A stretch of 64,000 nucleotides of DNA, from positions 161,138,001 through 161,202,000 of the forward strand of contig NC_042998.1 of NCBI RefSeq assembly GCF_006345805.1, written 5' to 3'. The translations under genes were made by a program, and so were the position numbers. The notes beneath the pieces were generated by a model. It searched no databases, was not told where the DNA came from, and was given only the letters and a program-made list of their open reading frames with translations. Below are positions 14,063 through 26,744 of the stretch, one piece after another (position 1 is the stretch's first letter; the number at the start of each line of letters is the position of its first letter). Source of the stretch: Octopus sinensis (taxonomy: Eukaryota).

Positions 14063-14419
14063 AACAAGAGTACTCAGAGAGTGCAAGCCTCCACCAAGAC
14101 AGCACCAACGTCCTCTCAATGATTAGCCAGAGGTGATTTTTAAGATGATAATATCTGAAATAAACTTGACTGCTCTCGCAAAATTAACCTGATTACTCTA
14201 AAAATTTAAGTAAAAAGACAGGAGAAACAATCCGGAATCCTTGTCCAGTACCAGATCAGTCTCAAAACCTAATCAGTTCATGCTAGTTGTCCATCAGGCC
14301 AAACATTCCTGAAAGTTTCATCTGAATCCATCCAGTGGTTCTTGAGATATCTTGTCCACAGACAAACAAACAAACATGACTGAAAACAATCCCTCCACTT
14401 TTGCTAAGGCGGAGGTAAT
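14063..14419 (+). mobile_element. Non-autonomous Helentron-associated (HINE/DINE-1-like) element, copy 1
   Basis: Starts aacaagag...cctccacc, has an internal (CAAA)n tract, and ends in the hairpin cctccactt-ttgct-aaggcggagg, which is also inverted relative to the opposite subterminal repeat. Confidence 0.65.
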
Positions 14420-15399
14420 AGTAATTCCTAATAAAAGCATTAGGCCAGAAATTTAGAGTGATTATATTGAGCTCACTAGTAGTTTGTGTTATCAATCTTG
14501 GATGGGTGAAGTGCAAAGTTGAGCTTTGAGGGATTTAATCCTAGAGTGTAGCAAACAGGAATGAATAACACAAGGTACTTTTGCCATTCCACTACCCTAC
14601 ATACAACCACAATAATCATGACTTCAAATTTTGGGACAAGTCCAACAATTTTAAGCATGAGGGTAAGTTAATTACATCGACCCCAGTGTTCAAGTGGTAC
14701 TTATTTTATCAACCCCCCCAAAAGATGAAAGGCAAAGTCAAACTTGGCAGAATTTGAACTCAGAACATTAAGATAGATGTAATGCTGTTAAACATTCATC
14801 ATAGTGGCAATAGCTTCAGCACATGGACAACAATTTTAGGATGATATGTTAATTATATTGATCTCAGTACTCAACTGATACTTATTTTATTAACCCTGCA
14901 AGGATAAAAAGCAAAGTCAATCTCAACAGTATTTGAACTGAGAATGTAAAGTCAGAAGAAATGCTGTGAAGCATTTGTCCAGCATGCTAAAGATTCTGCC
15001 ATAATAATAATCATGGCTTCAAATTTTGCCACAAGGGTAGCCATTTTGGGAAGAGGATGAGTCGATTACATCGACCTCAGTGTTCAACTGGTACTTATTT
15101 TAATGAACCCAAAAGGATGAAAGACAAAGTTGACCTTGGCAGAATTTGAACTCAGATCAGAGTGACAGGCAAAATACTGCTAAACAATTTGACCAGTGTA
15201 CTAATGATTCTAATCCTTTCTACTAAAGGCACAAGGCCTGAAATTTTTGGGGAGGAGTTAAGTTGTTTACATCGACCCCAGTACTTGACTGGTACTTATT
15301 TTAATGACTCCAAAAGGATGAAAGTAAAGTTGACCTTGGTGGAACCTGAACTCAAAGCAGCTGAAATGCCATTAAACATTTTGCCCAATGCTCACTGCC

Positions 15400-15444
<45 letters not shown>

Positions 15445-17748
15445 TAATAATTTCTGACATAAGCACAAGAAGGATGGAAGGCAAAGTTGACTTAATTTCA
15501 TGATGCTGTGTTTTTGAGAATAGATGTAAAAATTTCAGAAGCTGAAGGGATCAAATTTTAAGATTTGCTTGAAGTTTCATCAGATGTGTTTGTCTGGTCA
15601 AAAAAATTCAAGCGAAATTTTATGCAATGCTTGAAGAGCACAACATACTCTGAAATAATTCACTTTTAACATTTGAGCTTGAAGTAGATAGAATTATAAA
15701 GAACAACTTTAAATATTGGGTTATAAAAAGCCTTAGTATGAAAAAGTAAAATACTATCTCTGGGATACTGTATATTCTGTTTTGAAATGGAATCCCATTA
15801 GATATAGCTTGTCCAGTCATTAGGGTGTTTGTCAACCATTTGAAGGGTTAAAAATTCATATCCCATTAATGACACAACTTGCTGTGTTTCTGATTCCATA
15901 ACAGTCTATCTACACTCAGAAGTAAAGAGGGTAAGTGAAAGAAATAGTTTACTGCTTTGGAAGACAGACCATACTGACCAATGTAAGAAGATTTTGTTCA
16001 CTTGCAGTATTATGCTTAATTTTTTTTTTTTTTTTGCATGAGAAATGGGAATGAATGTCTTGCAACTGATTGGCTTTCTAACCACTGAACAGTAGATAAA
16101 ATTTAAAAAGGTAAATAAAATCCTCAGTACAAAAACAGATTAAATAGAATTATTAAAACAGGTACAGGCATAGTTAAGTGGTAAAGAAGCTGATTTTGTC
16201 ACCATATGGTTTTGAGTTTGATGCTGTGGTTGACACTGTGGGTAAGTGTCTTCTACTGTAGTGTCAGATTAACCAATACCTTGTGAATGATACTTGGTAG
16301 ATGGAAACTGTACTTAAGTCCATTTTGTATATATATACATACATGTGTACCATGTTAAAAATATTGGTGCTGGTGTCGCATAAAAAGCATCCAGTACACT
16401 CTGTGGAGCAGTGTTAGGAAGGGCATCTCCAAGGACATGCAGATGTCTTGCTATTATTTTATGCCTTAATCCATTTTGTATTTATAAAGTTCTACAGTGA
16501 TGGATTTGTAAAGTCATATCCCATATATGCATGGATGAAAGTAAATCAGAAGAATCAGGATGAATGTGAGACAGCTTTCATCCAACAAAACAAGGCAATC
16601 ATTGCCGTGCATGTGTAGATGTATGTATGTGTACAGCATGTGTGTATGTGTGTTTGGATTCATATGTTTTTACACTGACACATTCCTTATATCCCACACA
16701 GACAAAATGTCTGGCAGCTTGAAAGTTATTTGATATGCAAAATCATGGGATAATGTCACTTCTTTTACAAGTATGGATTGGCATTGAGAATGGCATCACA
16801 GACTGCAGAATACTGTTGTAAGAAGTTATATGTAACCCATGTTTGAATGGAAAAGGAGACATAGAAATGACGATGATGACGACAGTGATGGTGATGATGA
16901 TGGTGACAACAACAATGATGATGATAATTCTGATGATGATGACGACAATAGCAATGATGATGATAATGATGACGACAACGATAATAATGATGATGATGAT
17001 GATTCACTGAATTAGGGAGAAATAATGAATGTCCATATATATATATTATATAGAAAAAGTAAAAAAAAAACACTCTTTTGATGATCTTGGAACTGATTTT
17101 TATTGCATATTTATGCCAAACATGTAATTAAGGAAGACATTTTTTGGTATTCTTTTATTTATTCATCACCATTAAACACATTTCCAAAATAAAGCCATTT
17201 CACTTGAAATTTATCATACATTTTAAAATGATGAGCTCTCTCTCTCTTTCTCTCTCCCTTTTTTTTAAGGCAACAGTGGACCTGTTGGCTCCTCCATCTT
17301 GTGAGTTACATGCTAAATATGACAATCTTAGGTCAGTAATTCCCAACTCCTTGTGAGTCATTGATTCAGAAGTGTATTTTTATTGCTCGGTTTTATAGAT
17401 ATGACATGTTCAGAGTTAGTTGAGTTCAGTCAATGATGGCTGGTAGTTTAGCTAAAGAAAATAATAAATCACTATCACCACACCAGTGTGAGTTGTAAAG
17501 ATGTTTCTCAACAGAATATATGATAATTTCATTCCGAATATTATTGATTGTATGTGTAAGAATTCTGAAACATTTTACATTTAATAAAATATATATTTGA
17601 TCAAATATTAAGCATATAAACAATAATAATAAAAAAAAACTAATTGATTAAACAAATAGATACTCTCTCTCTCTCTCTCTTTTATTCATTTTAGATTTAT
17701 TTGAATGAACAATAAATTTCTATTCATTAGCCCTGTTTGTTGTTGTTG

Positions 17749-17816
<68 letters not shown>

Positions 17817-17821
17817 TACTT

Positions 17822-18385
17822 TTAATCAGCATGTTTGTTACAGTCACTTGCTGAGACACACCCAGTGTCCGAGAGCAAGTGAAGGATAAGAGATGTTGCA
17901 GTATGACTGAAAGCATGAGGAGGAGAAGTGGCAGGGTAGTAGTGAAATATCTTCATGTACTACAACATATACATTTAAATGGATAGGGTTTTTCTCAGGA
18001 TGTGGGCAGTACTTGTCAGCACAATCTTTTGGATTTTTCTGAGACATGGTTCTCCAGGGATCTTATCTAGATTTTCTGACATCTCTTTTTTATCATACTT
18101 AGGATACCTACAATAACAGGAACAGTTCTAACTTTAAGCTGCCACATCGTTTCTATTTCAATTTCCAGGTCCTTATATTTACTCAATTTGTCAAATTCTT
18201 TTACAAATATATTTTTATCAGTGGGAACACTTATATCTATTAGTCTACAAATATTTTCTTCCCTATCTTTAATAAGCATGGATCATTCTGTCAGTGTTGA
18301 CTGGAAAATCTCACAGGATAGTGATATTTTTACCTATAATGACTGGCTCAGAATGATGTTCATACCATTAAACAGAGTGCAGATT
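17822..18385 (-). mobile_element. 3' fragment of an R4/Dong-like non-LTR retrotransposon (restriction-like endonuclease domain)
   Basis: IL*DFPVNTDRMIH...CRLIDISVPTDKNIFVKEFDKLSKYKDLEIEIETMWQLKVRTVPVIVG matches the REL PD..D..K region. Flanked on both sides by (TAA)n arrays. Confidence 0.8.
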
Positions 18386-18469
18386 TGTATTATTATTATC
18401 ATTGTCTTATATTACTATTATTGTTGTTGTTGTTGTTGTTGTTATTATTATTATTATTACTATTATTAC

Positions 18470-18511
<42 letters not shown>

Positions 18512-19060
18512 GGCAGTGAGCTGGCAGGATTGTTAACATGCCTGCTGAAATGCTTAGCATTATTTCGCCCAATGCTCCATTTCTGAGTTCAAATTTTGCT
18601 GAGGTTGATTTTGCCTTTCATCATTTTGGGGTTAGTAAATTAAGTACCAGTGAAACACTGGGACTAGTCCCCTCCCACAAAATTTCAGTTCTTGTACCTT
18701 TAGTGGAAAGGATTATCATTATCATTATCTCCATCATCGTCATGATCATGATCATCATCATCATCATTATTAGGGTGGCGAGCTGGCAGATGGTGGGGCG
18801 TATATACAGACACTCACACATAGATACATACATATGCATACATACTTACATATACATATACATACACACATATATATATCTTATATATATAATTTGTTTC
18901 TTTCAGTTTCTGTCTACCAAATCCATTCACAAGGCTTTGGTTGGCCTGAGACTATAGTAGAAGACATTTGCCTAAGGTGGCACACAGTGGGACTGAACCC
19001 AGAACCATGTAGTTGGGAAGCAAGCTTCTTACCACGTAGTCACACCTGCACTTATATATA

Positions 19061-20297
19061 CGGGTTGTGTAAGGTATTTGAGGACATACTTTTTGGGGTC
19101 ATTGCTGCATTTTTAGTTAACTCTGAATAATCGTTGTTTCAGAAAATAATAGTGGCTGACCCTCGGCTTACTCAAGAAATAAAGTGGCATGCTGTTATTG
19201 TGGTTATAAAGGATGAGCATAGCAATTTAGAAATATCTTGAGTTTTAAAAGTTGCCAGATCTTTCAACTACAAAGTTTGTAAGGAGCTAGAAACTGAAGA
19301 TGGAAATGTATCGCCAGTATCAAAGCATAAAAAGCATTCTAAACACTCTGAAATCATCAGAACACCTGAATTTAACCAGCAAGTTCAACAGTCCATTGAT
19401 TACAATCCCAGAAAGTCCATGAGGTTAATTGTAAAAAATCTCCATGTGTCGGAAGGAACATTCAGAAATGTTGTCCACAAAGACATCAGATATAATACTT
19501 TATATGATGAGGAAAGGTCAATTTGTCCGAAAAAGCAAGCGAAAATCACTACATCAGATCTAAAAGGCTCTTAAATAAACTGAAAAATCTGGCAGAAGAT
19601 TTGATTTGGTTTTTTCTCAAACAAGAAAAGCTTCGACCAAGATCGAAAATTTAACAGGGAAAATGACAGATGGTTATGTTGTAGACCCTTCTGAAGTTAC
19701 AAGTGTTATGCATGCAAAAGTTCCTGAACTGTCATAGTTTTAGGGGTTGTCTCCTTACTTCTTTCCACAAGGCCCTAGAATTAACACTGCCACCTACATT
19801 GAGGTCCTGGAAATAATTGTTAAGCCCTGGATAGACAGTGTATGCAATGGAAGGCCATATGTGTTTCAGTAAGACTCTGCACTATTACACATGGCTCTAG
19901 TAACACAGGAATGGATGGCTGAAAATTTTCATGATCACATATCCCTTAACATTTGGCCTCCTAATTACCCAGATCTCAATCCATTGGACTATAACATGTA
20001 GAGTGTTGTTGAGAGAGAAGTCAATGATCATGCCCATAACACCAAAGATTCTTTGAAAGCTGCCATAGTCAGAGTAATGTCCAAAAGAAATCAGGATCAC
20101 TTACTTCAAGCATGTAGATGGTTTAGATCTCATGTAGAAGCAGTTGTTGGAGCTGAAGGTGACTTTATTGAATAACATTATAGAAAAGAAGTCTTATTTT
20201 TATCCTAATAGCATTTTTTTGATAAATATTATTATCTGTTATTATACATCTGTTTTTTTAATAAACAAATCTGTCTTCAAATATCTTACACATCCTT
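19061..20297 (+). mobile_element. Near full-length, inactivated DD37D (maT family) Tc1/mariner transposon
   Basis: TA on both flanks and ~30-bp degenerate TIRs (CGGGTTGTGTAAGGTATTTGAGGACA vs AAGGATGTGTAAGATATTTGAAGACA). FQ*DSA (D at 19873) and WPPNYPDLNPLD (D at 19987) are separated by exactly 37 residues. Stops and frameshifts present. Confidence 0.9.
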
Positions 20298-20539
20298 TAT
20301 GTGTGTGTGTGTCTGTGTCTGTGTACACCCTTGTGTTGACATTTCTTGTCTGGGAAACATGTCTTGTTTGGGAACAGGTAAAGGTTAATTGCATGAAGGG
20401 CATCTGGCCATAGAAAATCTACCTTCAACAAAATTCTACCTGACTCATATAAGCATGGAAAAATGGATGCTAAATGATAATGATGCTGTGCTGATTTCTG
20501 TCCATCTTCATTTCTTCCTCTCTCTGTCTCTTTCCATAG

Positions 20540-20880
20540 GTGCAAGGCTCAGAGGTTAGAGCACTGGGTTTGCAATCATGAGGTAGTGAGCTTGATTCCC
20601 AGACCAGGCTGTGTGCTGTGTTCTTGAGCAAGACACTTTATTTCATGTTGCTTCAGTTCACTCAGCTGTAAAAATGAGTTGTGATGTCATTGGCGCCAAG
20701 CTGTATCAGCCTTTGCCTTTCTCTTGGATAACATTGGTGGGATGAAAAGGGGAGGCTGGTATGCATGGGCAACTTCTGATCTTCCATAAATAATCTTACC
20801 TGGACTCATGCCTTGGAGAGTAACTTTCTAGACACAATCCCAAGGTCATTCAGGATCAAAGGGGATCTTTACCTTTTATC
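20540..20880 (+). mobile_element. Third tRNA-derived SINE family (core cttgagcaagacacttt)
   Basis: tRNA-like A/B boxes followed by the conserved core. Related copies at ~34210-34380 and 39265-39580. Confidence 0.7.
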
Positions 20881-21770
20881 TTGTTTCGTTTTTACTTTTT
20901 CTATATGTTAAAATGTCACCACTGATCTGCAGGCTTGCTTAGACTGTATTCCAAGTATACTATTCCTATAAACCATTAATATTCTCATTATATGAATATA
21001 TACTCTCAAAAGTAGTTAGGACAGAGTGCTATAAAAGACAATTTTTGAATTAATGTACCTAAAATGTGTTAATTTCAAGAATGCATTTTAACCTACCTGT
21101 GTTTTGAACATATTAGGTCATTATGAAACTCTTGTACAATTCTAGATTTGTAAAATTTAAAATTGCATGAGGACTTTATAATGATTCTGAATTAGTTGCA
21201 ATTTCTCTAAATTATGGAACCATTCTGTATGCTGACAGTGGAAAACATTATCAGAAGGAGAAGAAAATCAATGAAGATATAGGAAGAAGTTTGGAAATGT
21301 TGGGTGTCATGTACGATGCAACAGAAAAGCATGAACATTTAAATTCTACTGCAGACCTATCCAACCCATATCCATATAAAAAAAATAATTAAAGTTCTAA
21401 TTATGATGATGTAATATATCTTACTTTTGACAGTTTAACATAACAGCACCTTACGCGTTGTTAATTAAATATGTCTTCTATTACACACATATATACATAA
21501 ACACATATCCATGTACACACACACATATATATATATATACACACATATATACATACACACACATGCACACACACACGTGAACACACACACACATTCATGC
21601 AGGCATGTACATATACTCATACATATTTATATTCAAACAGACATCAGATATGTGCTCATATAATAACATTTCTACTTACACTTACAAATACAGATACACT
21701 CTCCCACACATATTTATAATCATGCAGACAGATAGACAGGCAAACAGACAGACAGACACACACACACAAA

Positions 21771-21801
<31 letters not shown>

Positions 21802-22145
21802 ACACACACACTTATACTCATTCAGACAGATGCATACATACATGGCCATGTGTAGGCTCTCATGTACACACACAAAAACAAACACATAGGAATATGCTTG
21901 AAGACATAGTCTTAGAGTTTACAGGTTATAAATTCACATCTCATTATGATGCTTGCCCTATGTCTTGATTTGTGACACTAATTTTTCATTTCTGTTTACC
22001 AGACCTGAAATTAGGCACCAAGGGTACACTTCTCACTGATATAAAGCCAACAACAATGTTTAATTAATGAGTATTGTTCTTTTTGTGTTTTTAAAGCTGC
22101 CTGTATAGAAATTCACTCCTGCTGAATTTTAACTGTTTCAGTCTA

Positions 22146-22497
22146 CAGCAATTGTTGGTTTAAACTGGGGTCTATTTGACACCGGGGGCTGGGGGATTCC
22201 ATATATGATTTGGAGGTGAGGGGCACACAAGCAAAATAGTGTATTGGGGATCCACAGTAGTTTATTAAAGGGTCATGAAAAAGTTTTGATTTAAATGTAT
22301 TTGTTAGAAGAAACAGCTAAATTTCTTTCTCAAATATTTTACATAAGTTTTACATAAGTTAATGCGTGAATAACAAAATGGGAATTTTCAAAGCGGTATC
22401 TATAAAATTAGTTTTGAACCATCGAATGGCAATGGGTGTCATCATAACAGAATTGTAATCAAAGGGGTCCATCAGTAAAAAATGGTTGAGAACCAGG
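22146..22497 (+). mobile_element. Decayed hAT-like non-autonomous element
   Basis: Right end aaaaatggttgagaacca and left end ...taaactggggtc resemble CAGTGGTTCTCAA-type hAT termini. Confidence 0.45.
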
Positions 22498-22539
22498 AAG
22501 ATATGGGACAAAGTACTGAAGGATGACCTCAGGATGCTG

Positions 22540-22900
22540 AACCTTTCAGATGAGATGACAAAGGACTGAGATACCTGTCACCTTGCTGTACTCAAGAAGA
22601 CCCGTACTCCACAACAGAAGTGTTAAGGCCACTCCCCCTGGATTGCCTTGCAAGAATCCTGTGCCAGTGACATGTGAATAGCACACATTGGTGCCATGTA
22701 AAAGCACTTGTGTGATGCCACATAAAAGCACCCAGCATACTCTGTAAAGTGGTTGGCATTTGGAAGGGCATCCAGCCATAGAAACCATGCCAAATCAGAC
22801 TAGAGCTTGATGGAGTTCTCTGACTTGTCATCTCTGGTCAAACTGTTCAATCTATGCCTGCATAGACAACAGACATTAAAGGACGATGATGATTATGAAC
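22540..22900 (+). mobile_element. Short RTE-related (bipartite-type) retroposon
   Basis: Contains ggaagggcatccagccatagaaaccatgccaaatc (RTE 5' UTR-like) and ends gacattaaaggacgatgatgat. Copies at 30440-30720 (-) and 34620-34980 (+), with fragments at 16365-16430 and 20370-20500. Confidence 0.6.
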
Positions 22901-23459
22901 CACTTGTTCAGGCCTTTCATTTTTAATACAACTGTAAGACATGACTCTACATTTGATTATGAACATCAGTATTACTGTAATAAAGAAATCACATTCAGTT
23001 ACCCCTCCAATAATTGAAATACACACATGCATTGACATGTGCACTCATATCTACATGTATGTGCAAGTGTTTTTCTGTTTGTGAAAATAGTACTTCATGA
23101 TTAACTCTTCTATCTTCAGTTTTACTGAAGGTGAGTAAAATATCCTTAGCTTTCTCAAGACCAGTTACAACATTAAACAGAATGGTTACAATGGTGAATA
23201 ACAATCAAAATACAGATTTATATCCTTGAGATTTTATATCAGTTATATCACAGCATATAATGAAATAATGAAATATTTCACTCAGATGTCTGTTGCCATT
23301 GATCATGCCTTAGTGTTCGGAAGATATCACTTCATGTTTTGTTTTAATGTGAAGAAACAAGAGAACAGATAACAGAGATAAGTCCATATTAAATATCCCA
23401 GTTTCCTTGATAAATTGGAAATCTTCTTATTTTTACATCAATGACTTGTTTACCTTTAC

Positions 23460-23800
23460 ACTAATGGCACCTCTCAATACTTCTTCCTTATCTTTCATAC
23501 AGAGGAGGCTTTGTCTCTACACAAATTCAACACATTTCACCAGGTCTGCACACCCTATTTCAAAAGAAATGCCTGAAATGTCTTGCAGTGACAATTTGAC
23601 AGCTTGATCTTTTGAAATAACATGAAGGAAAATCCAGGGACTACACATACCTTTTGGAATTTGATACACAATACTAGATCCTCTCTACGCATGAGTAATA
23701 CAACCACTCTGGACAAATGGTAAAACTAACAAGTTTTGAAAAAATCTACATAACCAAATATAAATACTGGGTTGCCATTTCCTTCGTCAGCTGGTGACCT
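23460..23800 (+). mobile_element. Ancient CR1-like LINE relic (inter-domain region)
   Basis: Stop-riddled frame QYFFLIFH...RNA*NVLQ...GTTHTFWNLIHNTRSS resembles the CR1 segment around GS..FW. Confidence 0.4.
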
Positions 23801-25112
23801 CTTCTAAAACCAAAAATAACAAACATTCAAGTATTTTTCATACGTCTGAGATAATCTGCCCACACACATACATAACTTCTCGGCTGTATTGAGGCATTCT
23901 CTGTTTTAAGGGTCTATTCTATCTCAGTTTACTTATGTTGGATAACTTAGTGCCTGAAAAAGAAACAACATTTTGGTTTCATTTGATGTTAACTAACTTC
24001 AGTTATCCAAAATAAATCAGTGTTTTTAACTTAGTATATATGTATATAAATATATTTGAGTTTTATTTATAGCCAAAGTTGATAGTTTCCATCCTGAAAT
24101 CAATGTAAAGATGGTTTTGCTTATAGTTGCTGATATAGATTTCTTTTAAGCAGGCACAAAGCAAATTTATGTTTAGGAAGTGTGTACTTAATAGAATCAA
24201 TCTCAGATATTGTTGCTACTGCAATTGTTGAACCCTGGTTGAGTAGTTCTTTAACACTTAAGTGGTTAGCTAAATGATTGGCATGATCCACAGAACCATA
24301 GCTCCAGATATGCCATGTTTCAATCTTGCTGAAGACTGTTTGGTATGAAATAGTTAACTGTTTCTTTCACTGTGGTGTAGCCTCAGCATGTTGTATTCAT
24401 TCAACAATCAGTTTGTTTCTGTACGTCAGTAGATGCTAAGTGCTGGCCATGATGGAAATGGATATTTTAAACTCAAGTAGATTATAACAACTACTCATTG
24501 ACCAAATCCTACTGAAAACATTAACTCTCATATGATTATCATCCTCAGTATATCATTTTCCTACTTCTTTCATCAACTTCAGAAGGATGAATGTAAAATC
24601 AAACAAGGAAAGATTTAAACACATAGAGATGAGACAACAAGCTAAATAGCAATCTTTGTTTCACCTAGCTGATAATTTCACTCGATCTGCTTGGTACTAA
24701 TTTCAAATGATTCTAACATAGTTAATTATTGTGTAATGATCATTATAATTCTGTAGCAAACCCATATCCTTGTATGTTAACAAAAGTAGTTTGCATTATT
24801 TGGGACAGAATATCAGACAGAATATCTTTCAGAGTAGTGCAAACTTACTTAGTAATTTATTCCTAAATGAGTAAAAATTAACAATGGGAAGGTTGGATAA
24901 CTTATCTAACATGGATATCTTATGTAACATATTATTCTGGGAAGCAATTTACATGTATACTACATGTTAGAAACAGCCTCAAGACTGTTAAAGAATGAAA
25001 TCATATACATGCATATATGCACATGTAAAAATGTATATGTATGTATGTGTGTGTGGTGTGTGTGTGTGTGTGTGTGTGTGTATGCATGCATGTATGTATG
25101 TATGTATGTATT

Positions 25113-25148
<36 letters not shown>

Positions 25149-25296
25149 ATATATATATATTCTAGATCGAGTGAAAGACGGGATGGACACTTCGATTTTG
25201 TGTTGGTGCCCCACTCTGTCGTACGCAACTATGAGGATTTGCATCCCCAACGTAAAACTCATAATGTAATACATGTCCTTGAAGTAGTAATTGTAC

Positions 25297-25374
25297 GTGG
25301 CTGAAGAAGGCTATAGACACACATTATGCATTGTTATAAAACCGTCTAATAAAGGCCCGAAACATATGTACCGC
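25297..25374 (+). ncRNA. Type I hammerhead ribozyme fold within a CpG-rich ~250-bp element (25161-25410) between (TA)n tracts
   Basis: Stem I GUGG/CCGC; core CUGAAGA (25301-25307); stem II A.C + GGC/GCC + distal UAGAC/GUCUA; GAA-AC-AUAU-GU-A (palindromic stem III, GUA site at 25368-25370). Confidence 0.7.
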
Positions 25375-26363
25375 TAAATCCTTGGCATCATGTTTTTATT
25401 TTGATTAATATATATATATATATATATAAATGCACAAAAGCACACATATATATATATAAATGCACACAAGCACACATATACACTATATATGAGTGTATGT
25501 ATGTATGTATGTATGTATGTATGTATGTATATAAGAAAACAGTTTTGGGATTGCAAATTTAGGAATTTTAATTTTATAGGTATTTTTAATTTATAAAAGT
25601 ACCATACTGGTTTCAAATTTTTTTGTTTTGTTTTACAATAGTAAGTAAAATATATAAAAACATAATAAAAGGAAAATTTAAAAGAGAATGCTCATGAAAA
25701 TGTTTTGGAGTAATAAGATATGCTCAAAAATCAAATGTTCAAAGACTTCATAGCCATCATGATGAAAATTGGAATGGTCATTAAGTTTCAATAAAAGATT
25801 ATGAAAGTTCAAATGTCCAATAAATTTCATGGCAATAATACATGATAGTAATTTAAAAGTTCAATAAGTTTCATAGCAATAAATTATGTTAGCAATTAGA
25901 CATAATTAAGATTTTTAAAGTATAAGAAAAAAGTTATTCAAATTCTGTAATGTTGTATGAGCTAGAATTGTTTGTTGTTTGATTTACTTGTCTGACTATG
26001 AAATTGAACTATTTTCCAAGCTGACATTGCTTTATTCAATCAAGTTGGTATTAAGGTATAGCTTCAAGTCCTGATTGGGTATTTACGCAAATATTTCACT
26101 TGCATTGGTTTGCCTTTGGCTTAGCATTCAGTTTGCTGAGGAACATAATTTGTTTGCTGTATGTTTTGGCAGCTGGTTTTTCTGAGGTGACTGAATGCTT
26201 AATAACACCACTTGTTTTTATCTTTTTTCCCCTGCATCTAGTTTTAACCAGCATAACCACATTGGTCAATCCTGAGGTGATGTTAGCAAACAGTGTCAAA
26301 AATTGGAATTACCAATGGTTTGAAGCTAGGATCTCCTCCCAAAGGATGGCTGTTACTTCTATT

Positions 26364-26742
26364 ATTACTGCTGCCTTAGCAAAGGTGGAAGTATTGTTTT
26401 CAGTCATGTTTACTTGTTTATTTGTCCATGGGCAAGATATCTCAAGAACTGTTGGATGGATTTGGATGAAACTTTTAGAGATGTTTGGCTTGATGGCCAA
26501 CTGGCATGAACTGATTAGATTTTGGGATCAATCTGGTAATGGACAAGGATTCTGGATTATTTTTTGTAATTTTTTTTTTACTTAATTTTTGAGAGCGGTT
26601 GGGTTCATTTTTAGTATTCTTGTTTTTGAGAGCAGTTGGGTTTATTTCAGATATTCTCATTTTAAAAATCCTCTCTGGCTAATCGTTGAGAGGATGTTGG
26701 TGTAGCTTTGGCAGAGGTTTGCGCTCTCTGAGTGCTCTTGTT
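26364..26742 (-). mobile_element. HINE/DINE-1-like element, copy 2
   Basis: Homologous along its length to 14063-14419. Confidence 0.65.
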
Positions 26743-26744
26743 GT

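Larger units (their letters stand above)
11780..15500 (-). mobile_element. Stack of about 10-11 copies of a second SINE family (head aaggcggcgagctggcagaa), all on the minus strand, interspersed with other repeats
   Basis: Repeated ~200-bp unit (ggcacaaggcctgaaattt...gtcgattacatcgaccccagt...ggatgaaaggcaaagtcgacc...atttgaactcagaa) separated by (AAT)n. Other copies at 9555-9750 (-), 18510-18720 (+), 46640-46860 (+), 47570-47770 (-), 56490-57120 (+, three copies). Confidence 0.85.

Noticed and set aside
11780-15500. Regularly spaced repeats superficially like a CRISPR array
   Set aside because: The units are ~200-bp divergent SINEs in eukaryotic DNA; there is no repeat-spacer structure and no cas genes.
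15800-16835. Candidate exons 15905-15930 (+), TVMESET...SYI* (-), and a TGA-interrupted frame at ~16700-16830 suggestive of selenocysteine
   Set aside because: The calls are mutually incompatible, the minus-strand translations resemble CR1 segments, and no SECIS was recognised.
23430-23720. Exon-like frames on both strands with good donors
   Set aside because: Better explained as a stop-riddled CR1-like relic on the plus strand.
26098-26135. Minus-strand ctgaatg...gcc-aaa-ggc-aaaccaatgca downstream of the Penelope ORF
   Set aside because: Positionally suggestive of a pLTR ribozyme, but too many core positions are lost to support a call.
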